A stretch of DNA of 59,690 bases from Candidatus Sulfotelmatobacter sp. (GTDB lineage Bacteria; Patescibacteriota; Microgenomatia; Levybacterales; UBA12049). The stretch is from assembly GCA_035568375.1 (NCBI GenBank), contig DATMOG010000096.1, forward strand, positions 1 through 59,690. The letters are read 5' to 3'. Below are positions 34,320-44,584 of this stretch, one piece after another. The notes below the pieces were generated by a model that was not told where the DNA came from, ran no database searches, and saw nothing but the letters and a program-made list of their open reading frames with translations. The translations under genes were made by a program, and so were the position numbers. How positions within the stretch are numbered: position 1 is the first letter of the stretch; every line of letters starts with the position of its first letter.

Positions 34320-35456
34320 TTATTTTTGTGAAGGTTTTAATGGAAGTTCGATAGTAAATGCTGAACCTTTGTTGAGTTGACTATGAAGCAAAACTTTTCC
34401 TTTGTGTGCTTTGATAATTTGATATGTTATATATAATCCGACTCCTAAGCCTTTATAATCTCTTGAAGAAACAGCCCGTTCGAAACGATTAAAGATTCTT
34501 TTTTGCTGATCAGGAGGAATGCCTATACCTTGGTCTTTTACCGTAATATGAATATGCTCATGTGAGTTACTGATAGCTATTGTAATAGGTTTATTATTAC
34601 CATATTTTATAGCGTTAGAAACAAGATTCACAACAGCTTGTTCAATACGTACTTTGTCACAATGGCAAATAACTGTTTTATTTGTGATAATGCTTAACTG
34701 ATTTTTATTTGTTAATCGCACTGTAAATTTTTCGGCAACATCCTGAACTATGGTTGAAATGTTTGTTTCTTCAATTTCTAAATCAATTTTCCCAGTGGTG
34801 ATCAAAGACAAATCAAGCAAATCATTGACCATTTTTGAAAGTCGTTTACTTTGTTGTTCAGTACTTTCAAGCATTTTTAAAAGTGAAGCAACTGAAAAAT
34901 TTGCTAGTGAGACATTACGGATATTATGGATTGCTGTTTGTACCTGTAGTAACATAGATGTTACTGGCGTTTTTAATTCGTGTGATGCAATTGCTAGAAA
35001 TTGATCACGTGCTTCTATTTCTGTTTGTGAACTGTCATAATATTTTTCAAGAGTTTCGATAACATGATGTGTTTGACGCAATTTTTTTTGATACTCGGTG
35101 ATTTTATCTTGCTTTTTTGAGACATGAATCACATAGCTAATAAAAGCGCTAACAAAAAAGAAAATAAGGATTTCAATTATGAATGTAGTGTTTGCTAGCA
35201 AGAGTGGATGACTAGTAGGATAAAAGAGCATTAAAATAACACTGACTACACTAAAAATTGTAGTAATTAATCCAACAATAAAACCTCCATACCAAGTACA
35301 AAAGACAATTGTCGGTATGAAGATAAGAAATGGATTAAATTGAGGTAAATATGATAATGAGATATCTGCAACCACTCCAGTAGCCATGTTAAGTCCTACA
35401 AATATAATTAAACGAATTACTGGTGATAGTTGCGTTGTTTTACTTATGACATGCAT
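34320..35456 (-). CDS. sensor histidine kinase (membrane N-domain, HisKA, HATPase_c)
   Basis: H-box ASHELKTPVTSM, N-box VSNAIKYG, G1 DQGIGI and G2 GLGVGL. Four N-terminal TM helices. No response regulator adjacent. Confidence 0.85.
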   Translation of the reverse strand: MHVISKTTQLSPVIRLIIFVGLNMATGVVADISLSYLPQFNPFLIFIPTIVFCTWYGGFIVGLITTIFSVVSVILMLFYPTSHPLLLANTTFIIEILIFFFVSAFISYVIHVSKKQDKITEYQKKLRQTHHVIETLEKYYDSSQTEIEARDQFLAIASHELKTPVTSMLLQVQTAIHNIRNVSLANFSVASLLKMLESTEQQSKRLSKMVNDLLDLSLITTGKIDLEIEETNISTIVQDVAEKFTVRLTNKNQLSIITNKTVICHCDKVRIEQAVVNLVSNAIKYGNNKPITIAISNSHEHIHITVKDQGIGIPPDQQKRIFNRFERAVSSRDYKGLGVGLYITYQIIKAHKGKVLLHSQLNKGSAFTIELPLKPSQK

Positions 35457-35555
35457 AACAAAGCAATCCTCTTATAGCATAAGCTATGAATGCAAGAGAT
35501 ATGAAAGAATATAAATATCAAAATCAAAAGTATAATTTTATAATTTGTAATAAGC

Positions 35556-36422
35556 TTAAAATCTTTTGAAAATTGACAATACTTTCTGCATTGGTGATTG
35601 CCTTTTTTGATAGAATTTGATTTGCTTTTCAATTTTAGATATGACCTTATCTGTAGCATCTTCACCTTCTTGAATAAGCTGGAGGGCTTTTTCATTATTA
35701 AAAATGTTATTCAAACCAACAAGTCCTATTTGTAAGATATTTTGTGGAGTAATGATAATATCTGCATTTTTGATAGAATACAAGGCTAAATTATGACGAA
35801 GGATATTGACTGCATGCATAGGGATTTGTGATAAAGGTGGCAAATTGGTTAGTGGATTTTCGATATATACATGGTCAAGGTTTACTGCAATAGTGATATC
35901 AGCTCCCATTTCAGAAACGACAGAAACAGGGACAGGGTTTGAAAGTCCTCCATCAGCGATCAATTTATCAAGATAAAATATCGGTTGGAAAATTGTCGGC
36001 ACAGCAATACTTGCTCTGATTGCCTTTGTTAAATTACCATCATTAAATATTATCGATTGAGCAGTATTAAAATCTGTTGCAACAATTACTAATGGAATTT
36101 TTAATTCTTTAAACGTAGCGTTTTCAAGTATTTCAGAAATAAAGCCTTCTGTTTTTTTCCCTTTGATTATTCCTCCTATCACAGTAAAATCAAATAATCC
36201 GATTCCTTTTTTTCGATCAAAATTAAAGACGATCTCTTCCAGTTTTTTTACGTTTTGATATCGTGCATAATGTGCTCCTATGAGGGATCCTATACTTGAT
36301 GCAGCAATATAGTTGATAGGAATGTTATGTTTTTCAAGAGATTTAAGTACGCCAATATGTGCTAAGCCTTTAGCTCCACCGCTTCCTAAAGCAAGTCCTA
36401 TTTTGGGATATTTGCGAGCCAT
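35556..36422 (-). CDS. patatin-like phospholipase
   Basis: GSGGAKG oxyanion motif, ASSIGS nucleophile elbow and IADGG catalytic Asp. Confidence 0.85.
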   Translation of the reverse strand: MARKYPKIGLALGSGGAKGLAHIGVLKSLEKHNIPINYIAASSIGSLIGAHYARYQNVKKLEEIVFNFDRKKGIGLFDFTVIGGIIKGKKTEGFISEILENATFKELKIPLVIVATDFNTAQSIIFNDGNLTKAIRASIAVPTIFQPIFYLDKLIADGGLSNPVPVSVVSEMGADITIAVNLDHVYIENPLTNLPPLSQIPMHAVNILRHNLALYSIKNADIIITPQNILQIGLVGLNNIFNNEKALQLIQEGEDATDKVISKIEKQIKFYQKRQSPMQKVLSIFKRF

Positions 36423-36669
36423 ATGCTTATTATACTCTAATATGCAAACAAGCGTATAGTGCGGAAAGATGAGGGATTACTTTATAAATGAAAAGTTCTC
36501 GATTGTTTATTTTAAATTTGCTGAAAGTGTAATTAGTTGAAGAGTAAATCAACATTTTATGGTTATCTTTGTTAAGAGTCTATAAGTTGCCTAAATAAAA
36601 TAAAGTGCGCAAAAACTTTATTATATTTGTTATAACAAAGATGCAGAAGTAAAAATTACGAACTAGAGA

Positions 36670-37716
36670 CTATTTTTGTCTCTCTCTTAATTTGTAGTAA
36701 CTTGTTTTAGTTTTACCATATTTCCTTACCAGTTTTTTAGAAACAAGTGATGCTAGTAGTGCATGAGCTTGTTGGCGGCTTACGACAAAAGCTTGCTCGA
36801 TGTCTGATGTCTTAATCGCTTTTTTATTGATAACAATTTGTAGTACTTCTTCTTCACGAGGTGTAACTAAGACTCGTTTTTCACCCTCTATTTTATCAAG
36901 ATGAGATCTTTTTAATTCATCAATACGAGCAAGTGCGCCTTGTAATGATACTGAAATACCTTCAAGAAAATATTCAATCCATGAAGTTTTATCTCCGTTA
37001 TCTGCGCTATGGAGACAATCAGAATAGAGATGTCTATCAATATCATAATAATCATCGATAATAAAATATTTAGAAACTTCATATTGTTCAAATAGCAAAT
37101 AATAGGTTGTGAGAATACGTGCTAGACGACCATTGCCATCAAAAAAAGGATGTATATAAGCAAATTGGTGATGTAATATCGCTGCTTTCAAGAGAGGATG
37201 AAGCTCTTTTTCTTCTTTTAACCAAATGAAAAGCTCATCTAATGCAGAGTGTATTTCTGTTGCCATATGAAATGGTGGATTATGTTTGACGACAATTTCC
37301 TGCTTGGTTTTATGTCCTACAAAGACAGGACCATTTCGCACTTGTCCCAAATTTTCTTTTTCAATTCCTTTCATAAGTGTTTTATGTAATTTTTCTGTTA
37401 ATGTAACAGTAATTGGTGTATGTTCGCGAACAAGATTTGGCAAACTTGTGATGATTGTGAAGTAATTTTTGACTTCCTGTTCTGATTTTGTAGTTGGTAT
37501 TTGATCTCCAAGAACGACGTTTGTAACATCTTGAGGCGAAAGTGGGTTTCCTTCAATACTTGTAGAATAATGGGTTGCAAGGATTTGATTCTCTTGAGAA
37601 AGACGTAAAGAAAGTGAAGGAATTAGCTTTTCTCCTTGTATTTTTCCATATAATCGTTCAATAGTGGCCAAAAGGTTGAGCATTCGAAAATTGAGGGTAA
37701 ATTGTGGCTTGAACAT
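36670..37716 (-). CDS. Fic family protein (Fido domain + C-terminal winged HTH)
   Basis: HPFFDGNGRLAR active-site motif. N-terminal STSIEGN fits the (S/T)xxxE(G/N) inhibitory-helix motif. Confidence 0.9.
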   Translation of the reverse strand: MFKPQFTLNFRMLNLLATIERLYGKIQGEKLIPSLSLRLSQENQILATHYSTSIEGNPLSPQDVTNVVLGDQIPTTKSEQEVKNYFTIITSLPNLVREHTPITVTLTEKLHKTLMKGIEKENLGQVRNGPVFVGHKTKQEIVVKHNPPFHMATEIHSALDELFIWLKEEKELHPLLKAAILHHQFAYIHPFFDGNGRLARILTTYYLLFEQYEVSKYFIIDDYYDIDRHLYSDCLHSADNGDKTSWIEYFLEGISVSLQGALARIDELKRSHLDKIEGEKRVLVTPREEEVLQIVINKKAIKTSDIEQAFVVSRQQAHALLASLVSKKLVRKYGKTKTSYYKLRERQK

Positions 37717-37776
37717 AGTTTTAGTGTAATATAATAATCATTAATTGTCAATATATTCGTAAGCTTTATTGTAGAG

Positions 37777-38115
37777 CTATTTTTTAGGCTGATTTTTTCT
37801 TCTTTCGATTTTACGGAGTGTGTACATAATTCGTTGATCAAGGTTAATGTCTTTAATTCTGGCAAAACGGACTATTGCAACTAGGATGTCACCAAGTTCT
37901 TGTTGGTATGTCTCATCCTGTTGGGCAGAAATATTTGTTGGTTTTCTTCCATGTTTGGCTAGATATGCACGAGCCATCTCTCCTACTTCTTCAACGAGAC
38001 TTAAGATCAAAATTGAACCATACTCCTCATTGCCTTTATTGTGACCATCAATGCTATCGAGTTTTTTAAAATATTTGCCAAATGGTGATATTTGTCTTCG
38101 TGCCATAGTTTCCAT
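37777..38115 (-). CDS. MazG-like nucleotide pyrophosphohydrolase
   Basis: LVEEVGEMARAY and QELGDILVAIVRFA are the EExxE / ExxD helices of the all-alpha NTP-PPase fold. SD AAGGAG upstream. Confidence 0.75.
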   Translation of the reverse strand: METMARRQISPFGKYFKKLDSIDGHNKGNEEYGSILILSLVEEVGEMARAYLAKHGRKPTNISAQQDETYQQELGDILVAIVRFARIKDINLDQRIMYTLRKIERRKNQPKK

Positions 38116-38238
38116 TTAACTTTACTCCTTCTCTCTTAGAGTGTCAATTACTGAAGAATTTACTAAAAATATATGAACTGTTCAATTACTGGTAATTTCT
38201 TAAACGATACATTATAATTTACCTATTGCCATATTGTT

Positions 38239-39090
38239 ATGAAAATATCGATTAGCTTATTTATGAGTGATATTTTACCTCATAAAAAAAAGATTTATCA
38301 TAGAATAGTTAAAAGTAGAATCTTTAAAGATAAGACAACAGATGATGTCTTTCAACAACTTAAAAAATATGGTCTAGATGGTTTTGAGTTGTTATTGCCA
38401 CAATATTCGATTACAACAAATGCGGACATTCAAGAAATAAAAAAATTGGCAAAGAAATATGGGCTTCCTGTTCTCAGTATCCACCAAGCATTGCGTTTCA
38501 TAACAGCAACAAAGGTAAAAGAGATAGCTCGACTTTTTGAGATTGCTGATCAGTTGCATGCAAAAGTTATAGTTCTTCATATCAATTCTGCACGTAAACA
38601 AATTTTTGATGTGAATTATGTTCAAGCTTTACATGAACTCGAAAAAAAATATAAGATATTAGTAACTTTTGAAAATATGGAAAAACATGTAGAATCATAT
38701 TTTCATGAACATCGATGGCATGCTGCTAAATTTTCTGATCTGGTTGAGAAAATAGGATTTCATATTACTTTTGATGTTGTACATCTTGCCCATTCTCATT
38801 CTAATAGCGATATCCTCCATTTTTTTCAAAAAAATAAAGAGAAAATTTCTAATGTGCATTTAAGTGATTATCGTCGACATTTATTAAATGGTAGTCTTCG
38901 TCCGATGCGCTATAAACATATGCCATTAGGTGATGGACAATTACCAATTGAAGAATTTCTTTCATTATTATTGAAGGAAGACTACAAAGGATTAGTGACA
39001 CTTGAAGTAAATACAGATATGTTAGGAGTAGAACGTAGTATTGGCTTAATACATAAAATAACTCATCCATATAAGCTAAATGCAACTTGA
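38239..39090 (+). CDS. sugar phosphate isomerase/epimerase (xylose-isomerase-like TIM barrel)
   Basis: Successive beta-strand ends DGFELLL, VIVLHI, TFENM, HITFDVVH, VHLSD and TLEV, typical of the AP_endonuc_2 family. Confidence 0.7.
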   Translation: MKISISLFMSDILPHKKKIYHRIVKSRIFKDKTTDDVFQQLKKYGLDGFELLLPQYSITTNADIQEIKKLAKKYGLPVLSIHQALRFITATKVKEIARLFEIADQLHAKVIVLHINSARKQIFDVNYVQALHELEKKYKILVTFENMEKHVESYFHEHRWHAAKFSDLVEKIGFHITFDVVHLAHSHSNSDILHFFQKNKEKISNVHLSDYRRHLLNGSLRPMRYKHMPLGDGQLPIEEFLSLLLKEDYKGLVTLEVNTDMLGVERSIGLIHKITHPYKLNAT

Positions 39091-39123
39091 AATTACTACT
39101 ACTCATCTTATACAATAGCGTTT

Positions 39124-40077
39124 ATGAATAAGAAGTTTCTTGTTGCCTCTTTTGTATATTTATTTGTTGTTATTTTTTACCTTAGTTTTGTTCAAATTCA
39201 TGATACTTCTCTTGTTTATGCAGATTATGTTTCTACACCGCATTTTGTAAAAAATACACCACCAGAATTTAAACAACTCTTTTTTTCCGTTGCTCATGAT
39301 GGTGAAAACGCCCTTTCACCGATAATAAATAATGGTGTAGTTTTTAATGGTACGCGAACGGTTAAAGAAGTAGCGCTCACTTTTGATGCAGATATGACAC
39401 CATGGATGAAGGAACAGTTGAATTCAGGTAATGTACAAAGTTATTATAATCAACAGCTGATTGATTATTTAGATCAGACTCAAACTAAAGCAACATTATT
39501 CCTCACTGGTATGTGGATTGAAACATATCATGATGAAGCTAAGAAGCTTGCTTCTGATCCTCTATTTGAGTTAGGTAATCATTCTTACTCACACCCTTCA
39601 TTTTCAGGATATTGTTATGGCTTAGATCAAATTACACCTGATGAGAAACTGCAGGAAATTGATAAAACGCAACAATTATTATTTAATCTCACCCAAAAAC
39701 AAAATACACTCTTTCGTTTTCCTGGTGGTTGTTATTCTCGGAGTGATATAGAGTTATTGCATAAAAAAAGTATCGAGGCAATTCAGTGGGATGTTGTCGG
39801 CAATGATGGGTTTAATAACGATACGCAATCAATCGTTAATAATGTGTTAAGCAATGTGCATAATGGTTCAATTATTGTTATGCATATGAATGGATATCCG
39901 AATGATCCTAAAACTTCAGATGCCTTACCTGAAATTATAACAAATCTTAAAAAAGAAGGATATTCCTTTGTTACAGTCAGTGAATTGCAGTCACAGGCTT
40001 TAAGTAGTGTCCGTGAGATACAATCTCTTCAGAATTATTTACTTACAGACAATAACACAGTTAAAAATGGTGCATAA
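39124..40077 (+). CDS. polysaccharide deacetylase (CE4/NodB homology)
   Basis: ALTFDADMT, LFLTGMW, ELGNHSYSH, FRFPGGCY and IVMHMNG. N-terminal TM anchor. Paralog of 21353-22327. Confidence 0.85.
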   Translation: MNKKFLVASFVYLFVVIFYLSFVQIHDTSLVYADYVSTPHFVKNTPPEFKQLFFSVAHDGENALSPIINNGVVFNGTRTVKEVALTFDADMTPWMKEQLNSGNVQSYYNQQLIDYLDQTQTKATLFLTGMWIETYHDEAKKLASDPLFELGNHSYSHPSFSGYCYGLDQITPDEKLQEIDKTQQLLFNLTQKQNTLFRFPGGCYSRSDIELLHKKSIEAIQWDVVGNDGFNNDTQSIVNNVLSNVHNGSIIVMHMNGYPNDPKTSDALPEIITNLKKEGYSFVTVSELQSQALSSVREIQSLQNYLLTDNNTVKNGA

Positions 40078-40274
40078 TTTTGTCAGAGTTTTGATCTTGC
40101 TAAATATTTCTTCTTCTTTTTTATAGAAGAAAAAAAATATAATACTTTAAGAGCTACAAGATAATTAATAAAGAATAGGCTGCATTCATAAATGTAAAAC
40201 TATAGGTTAATTGTTTATTGCTATTTTAAGTATAACATGCTATGATAAATGAGCCGCGAGGAGCGGTTTTTTAT

Positions 40275-42092
40275 ATGATGAATATTCGAAATGTTGGTAT
40301 CATTGCGCACGTTGATCATGGCAAGACTACACTTGTTGATGCGCTATTACGTCAATCTAAAACAAAACTGAATAAAGAGGATTCAGAGCATGATTTGATT
40401 ATGGATAGCAACGATTTAGAACGAGAACGTGGTATTACTATCTTTTCCAAAAATGCATCGGTTAATTGGAACGGGACAAAGATTAATATCATTGATACTC
40501 CAGGTCATGCTGACTTTGGTGGTGAGGTTGAACGGGTTTTAACTATGGCAGATGGCTGTTTGCTTTTGATTGATGCCAAAGAAGGCCCTATGCCTCAAAC
40601 AAGATTCGTTCTTAAAAAAGCACTCGAAAAAAAGTTAAAAATTATTGTTGTTGTAAATAAAATAGATAAGCCTGATGCTCGAATTAATCATGTGCTTGAT
40701 AAGACCCTTGATCTTTTTCTTGAATTAGGAGCTGATGATGAAACTGCTGATTTCCCAGTAATTTACGCCTCGGCAAAAGAAGGGAAAGCTGGATTAGAGC
40801 CTGATTTATCTATAATGACTGACATCTCACCTGTGTTTGATGCGATTTTTAAATATGTACCAGCATCATCTGGTGATCCTACAAAGCCTCTTCAATTGCT
40901 TGTTACAACATTAAGCCGTGATGATTATAAAGGGAGAATTGCAATAGGACGTATTTATAATGGTTCTGCGAAACAAAATCAAGAAGTTGTACAAATTACT
41001 AGAAGTAGTGAAATGAGAAAGTTTCGTTTAACTTCTTTGATGACATTTGAAGGTTTAGGACGAGTCGATGCGTCTGAAGTTTTAGCTGGTGATATTGTGG
41101 CAGTTTCAGGAATACCAGATATTTCAATTGGTGAAACAATTGCGGATATAAATGATCCGGTTGCATTACCACTTCTTGCGATTGAAGAACCGACAGTTAA
41201 AATGACATTTAGTGTCAATGATTCCCCTCTTGCTGGACAAGAAGGAGAATTTAAAACATCAAGGCAAATTAGAGAGCGGTTAATGAAGGAACTTGAAACA
41301 GATATGGCGCTTCGGGTTGAAGATACTGCAGATGGAAAATGGATGGTGTCAGGACGTGGTGAATTACATTTAGCGATTCTTATTGAACGTATGCGTCGAG
41401 AGGGATATGAATTCCAAGTCTCTCGGCCACAAGTTATTCTTAAAGAAGTTAATGGAAAAAAATTGTCTCCATTTGAACGTGTTTTTTTGGAAGCCCCACA
41501 AGATTATTCTGGAATTATTATGCAAAAAATGGGTGCACGAAAGGCGAAACTTGAAGATATGACGACAGATGATAAAGGGATTGTATATTTTGAATTTATT
41601 ATTCCGACAAGTGCACTTTTTGGCTATCGTAGCGAATTTATTACTGATACTCGTGGATTGGGTATTATTAATACCAACTTTGATCGGTTTGATATTGATG
41701 CAGGTGATCCAATAAAACGTGAACATGGTTCCCTTGTTGCAAGTGAGGCAGGTCAATCAAATCTGTATGGTTTAACAAATATCCAAGAGCGTGGCACTTT
41801 ATTTATCGGACCGGGTGTGCTGGTTTATAAGGGACAAGTTGTGGGTGAAAACGCGCGATCTGAAGATTTGCATGTTAATGTCACAAGAGCGAAACAACTC
41901 TCAAATATGCGTTCTAAAGGTGAAGGTGGTATGGAACACTTTAACGTACCGAGAGTTATGGATCTTGAAGATTCACTTGAATTTGTGAATGATGACGAAT
42001 TGGTTGAAGTAACACCGAAAAATGTGAGAATTCGGAAGAAAATTCTTGATGAAGTCATTGCCCGCCGCATGAAATCACAGGGACTTTTATAG
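40275..42092 (+). CDS. typA: translational GTPase TypA/BipA
   Basis: IRNVGIIAHVDHGKTTLVD, DTPGHADFGGEVER and NKIDK, with BipA-specific C-terminal domain length. The start may instead be ATG 40242. Confidence 0.92.
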   Translation: MMNIRNVGIIAHVDHGKTTLVDALLRQSKTKLNKEDSEHDLIMDSNDLERERGITIFSKNASVNWNGTKINIIDTPGHADFGGEVERVLTMADGCLLLIDAKEGPMPQTRFVLKKALEKKLKIIVVVNKIDKPDARINHVLDKTLDLFLELGADDETADFPVIYASAKEGKAGLEPDLSIMTDISPVFDAIFKYVPASSGDPTKPLQLLVTTLSRDDYKGRIAIGRIYNGSAKQNQEVVQITRSSEMRKFRLTSLMTFEGLGRVDASEVLAGDIVAVSGIPDISIGETIADINDPVALPLLAIEEPTVKMTFSVNDSPLAGQEGEFKTSRQIRERLMKELETDMALRVEDTADGKWMVSGRGELHLAILIERMRREGYEFQVSRPQVILKEVNGKKLSPFERVFLEAPQDYSGIIMQKMGARKAKLEDMTTDDKGIVYFEFIIPTSALFGYRSEFITDTRGLGIINTNFDRFDIDAGDPIKREHGSLVASEAGQSNLYGLTNIQERGTLFIGPGVLVYKGQVVGENARSEDLHVNVTRAKQLSNMRSKGEGGMEHFNVPRVMDLEDSLEFVNDDELVEVTPKNVRIRKKILDEVIARRMKSQGLL

Positions 42093-42262
42093 TTTAAATA
42101 TTCTAATAATAGATTATCTACGTAAGAAGAGATTTTTTGTGAATGTGAAAATAATCAGATTTTAATAAGTTTAGACAAATTTTTCTTTTTAACTTCATAA
42201 TTTTAGGTTTTCTCTTTATTTAATAGCTCTGATTAAACTATTGGATTATAAAATAAGTAAAA

Positions 42263-42889
42263 TTAGTTATCCGGGCATAACTCTTTCAATGGACAGTTTT
42301 CACATTTATGAGGACGAGCTGGACAATATTCACGACCAAAATAGACTAAGTAGTGACCAAAGTATTGCCATTGTTCTTTAGGAACAAGCTTCATTAAATC
42401 TTTTTCTATTTTGACTGGATCCTTTTGATCTGTTAACCCGAGTTTATTTGCTAATCGTATCACATGTGTATCCACAACAATTCCTACAGGTTTTCCAAAT
42501 GCGTCTCCTAGGACAACATTAGCAGTTTTTCTTGCAACACCAGGCAGTTCATCTAGTCCTTTCATGGTTTCTGGTACTTCTCCATGATGTTTTTTAACAA
42601 TTATTTGTGCAGCTGCTTTGATATTTTTTGATTTGTTAAAATGGAAATTTACCTTCCTTATCAGATTATCAATTTCTTCAGTTTGAGCATTAGCAAAATC
42701 TTTTGGTGTTTTGAATTTATTAAATAATTCGGGTGTTACAGTGTTTACTAATTTATCTGTTGTTTGTGCGGATAATATTGTAGCGATAAGCAGTTCAAAG
42801 GGTGTCTTGTGAAAAAGTGCAGATTGAGGTTTTGGGTAGAGTTTAGATAGCCTTTTAATAATTTCTTTTGTTTTTTCTTTTTTGGTCAT
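42263..42889 (-). CDS. nth: endonuclease III
   Basis: HhH-GPD segment LDELPGVARKTANVVL and the 4Fe-4S ligand set C-x6-C-x2-C-x5-C (CPARPHKCENCPLKELC). Confidence 0.92.
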   Translation of the reverse strand: MTKKEKTKEIIKRLSKLYPKPQSALFHKTPFELLIATILSAQTTDKLVNTVTPELFNKFKTPKDFANAQTEEIDNLIRKVNFHFNKSKNIKAAAQIIVKKHHGEVPETMKGLDELPGVARKTANVVLGDAFGKPVGIVVDTHVIRLANKLGLTDQKDPVKIEKDLMKLVPKEQWQYFGHYLVYFGREYCPARPHKCENCPLKELCPDN

Positions 42890-42895
42890 CTAAAG

Positions 42896-42904
42896 ATTAT
42901 AACA
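42896..42904 (-). promoter_or_regulatory. extended -10 TGTTATAAT, 6 nt upstream of the nth ATG
   Basis: Read directly from the sequence. Confidence 0.6.
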
Positions 42905-42957
42905 GAAAAAATTTTCGTACTTGCAATTATTGTAGGTGTTTTGTATAGTTAATAATT

Positions 42958-43434
42958 ATGATGAAGAATGACTTACAGGATGACATAATTGATGGTGAAG
43001 AAATAAACGAATTAGATGTTCCTATTTCTTCTCAAGGCGGCAGTGATCAAGCAAATGCGCTACTTAGTTTGGAAGAATTGATAAAGAACCATATTGAAGC
43101 AATAGATAAGCTAAGAATAGAACTTAGAACTCAGAGAGAGATGTTTGAGGATTCTTTCAATTCCAATCCTACCTTCCGCGAACATACAGAAAAAGTTAAG
43201 GATGTAACAAAGGCAAAAAATTCAGTTCGTCAGGAGATTGCTAAACAACCATCGGTTGCTACACTTGCACAGAAAGTGAAAGATTTACGTTTTGATATGA
43301 ATGAACAGAGTAAAACACTTTCTGATTTATTGCAGGATTATCGTGAACAAACAGGCGCAACACAAATTGAAACACGTGATGGTAAAGTTCTTGAAATTGT
43401 AAGCACATCAAAATTGGTGCGAAGGAGCTCCTAA
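42958..43434 (+). CDS. hypothetical coiled-coil protein
   Basis: 158 aa, highly charged and heptad-like. Followed by two intrinsic terminators. Confidence 0.55.
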   Translation: MMKNDLQDDIIDGEEINELDVPISSQGGSDQANALLSLEELIKNHIEAIDKLRIELRTQREMFEDSFNSNPTFREHTEKVKDVTKAKNSVRQEIAKQPSVATLAQKVKDLRFDMNEQSKTLSDLLQDYREQTGATQIETRDGKVLEIVSTSKLVRRSS

Positions 43435-43525
43435 AATCTAGCTTAGTTGATGCATTATATGTGTCCTCTATCAAGTTTTAAACTAATGAAATTTAATTTA
43501 ATAAACAATAATATAGTTTGTTATA

Positions 43526-43553
43526 CAGCTCTTGTTTAGCGGGGCTGTTTTTT
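43526..43553 (+). terminator. intrinsic terminator T1
   Basis: Stem CAGCTC/GGGCTG (one G-T pair), 10-nt loop, then TTTTTT. Confidence 0.45.
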
Positions 43554-43563
43554 GTATATTATT

Positions 43564-43587
43564 AACCCCGCATGACGGGGTTTTTTT
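43564..43587 (+). terminator. intrinsic terminator T2
   Basis: AACCCCG-catga-CGGGGTT followed by a T-run. GC-rich stem in AT-rich DNA. Confidence 0.7.
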
Positions 43588-43598
43588 GTGGAAAAATT

Positions 43599-44537
43599 AT
43601 GAGAGAGTTAGATTTTAAACATTCTAGTAAAGAAATGTTTCGTAGTAAACATAAGGGAATGGCATCTGAAGCGATTACATTCCCTTCTCAAAGAGAGACA
43701 TTGAAGAGTTTTATGATGGGTTTGGGAGCTCAGGAAGTAAGTATGAGTATTAATGGAAGGCGAGAGTTTTGGCATAGACATGTCCCCGGATTTGCTAATG
43801 GACAACTTAGAATTGCTTTTTTTGGTGCCCATCCTGATGATACGGCTTTGGATACAGGACTAGCATATCTTCTTGTAAAACAGGGAGAAGTAAATAATGT
43901 AAAAAAAACGCGTTTAGCAGTTCTATCAGCAACTCCAGGTCAAGAGGGAGAAATGCCGGAGCAACTACAGGGGGATCTAAGTAGTAGCAGAATTCAAGAA
44001 GACGTGAGAGGTACTAAACGTCTGAGGGCAGATTTTTATGCTAATTTAGGTTTTTTAGATGGAAGTATCTCTAATGAAATAAATGCTCTTATTGAAAGAT
44101 TTTCAATGTATCTTGGAGTATTACGTCCACATATTGTTCTTCTTCCTGATCCGACAGATATAGTACACGAAGATCATATCGCTGTATCACATGCAGTATT
44201 GAAAGCGTTGATAAAAAATAAACAAAATCCAATTGTTGCATATACTGATTTTCAAAATGGAGATAGTAAGATAACCGAGGCTCATACAGGATTTGCATTA
44301 AATAATAGTGAAAATGATATTGTTAGAGCTGCATATTTGGATCATGTGACACAAACACGAGTAATAACAAGAGATGTTGGAAATGTACTGAGTAGATCAC
44401 AGAGACGTGCAGAATTATTAGATACTGAAGTACCTTTTCTTGGTATAGTAAGACAAGACTTTCAATTTTCACAAAAACCTTTGTATACCTATTTAGGTGA
44501 TCGTGTAGTAGGTATTACCAATACAGAAACAACCTGA
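43599..44537 (+). CDS. PIG-L/LmbE-family deacetylase
   Basis: FFGAHPDDTALDTG and VHEDHIAVS (AHPDD and HxxH zinc motifs). The track start 43572 lies inside a terminator hairpin, so ATG 43599 was chosen. Confidence 0.7.
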   Translation: MRELDFKHSSKEMFRSKHKGMASEAITFPSQRETLKSFMMGLGAQEVSMSINGRREFWHRHVPGFANGQLRIAFFGAHPDDTALDTGLAYLLVKQGEVNNVKKTRLAVLSATPGQEGEMPEQLQGDLSSSRIQEDVRGTKRLRADFYANLGFLDGSISNEINALIERFSMYLGVLRPHIVLLPDPTDIVHEDHIAVSHAVLKALIKNKQNPIVAYTDFQNGDSKITEAHTGFALNNSENDIVRAAYLDHVTQTRVITRDVGNVLSRSQRRAELLDTEVPFLGIVRQDFQFSQKPLYTYLGDRVVGITNTETT

Positions 44538-44584
44538 AAATTCTATCTTTATTTATAGGTAGATAATTTAACGAGTAAGAATAT

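Noticed and set aside
40107-40133. The AT-only hairpin TTCTTCT..AGAAGAA after the CE4 gene as an intrinsic terminator.
   Set aside because: The 7-bp stem has only 2 G-C pairs and is followed by an A-run, not a T-run, on the coding strand.
43540-43587. The alternative pairing CGGGG/CCCCG/CGGGG as an antiterminator-terminator riboswitch or attenuator.
   Set aside because: The stems are only 5 bp. No leader peptide or conserved aptamer-like sequence was recognised. The simpler reading is two tandem terminators for the upstream gene.
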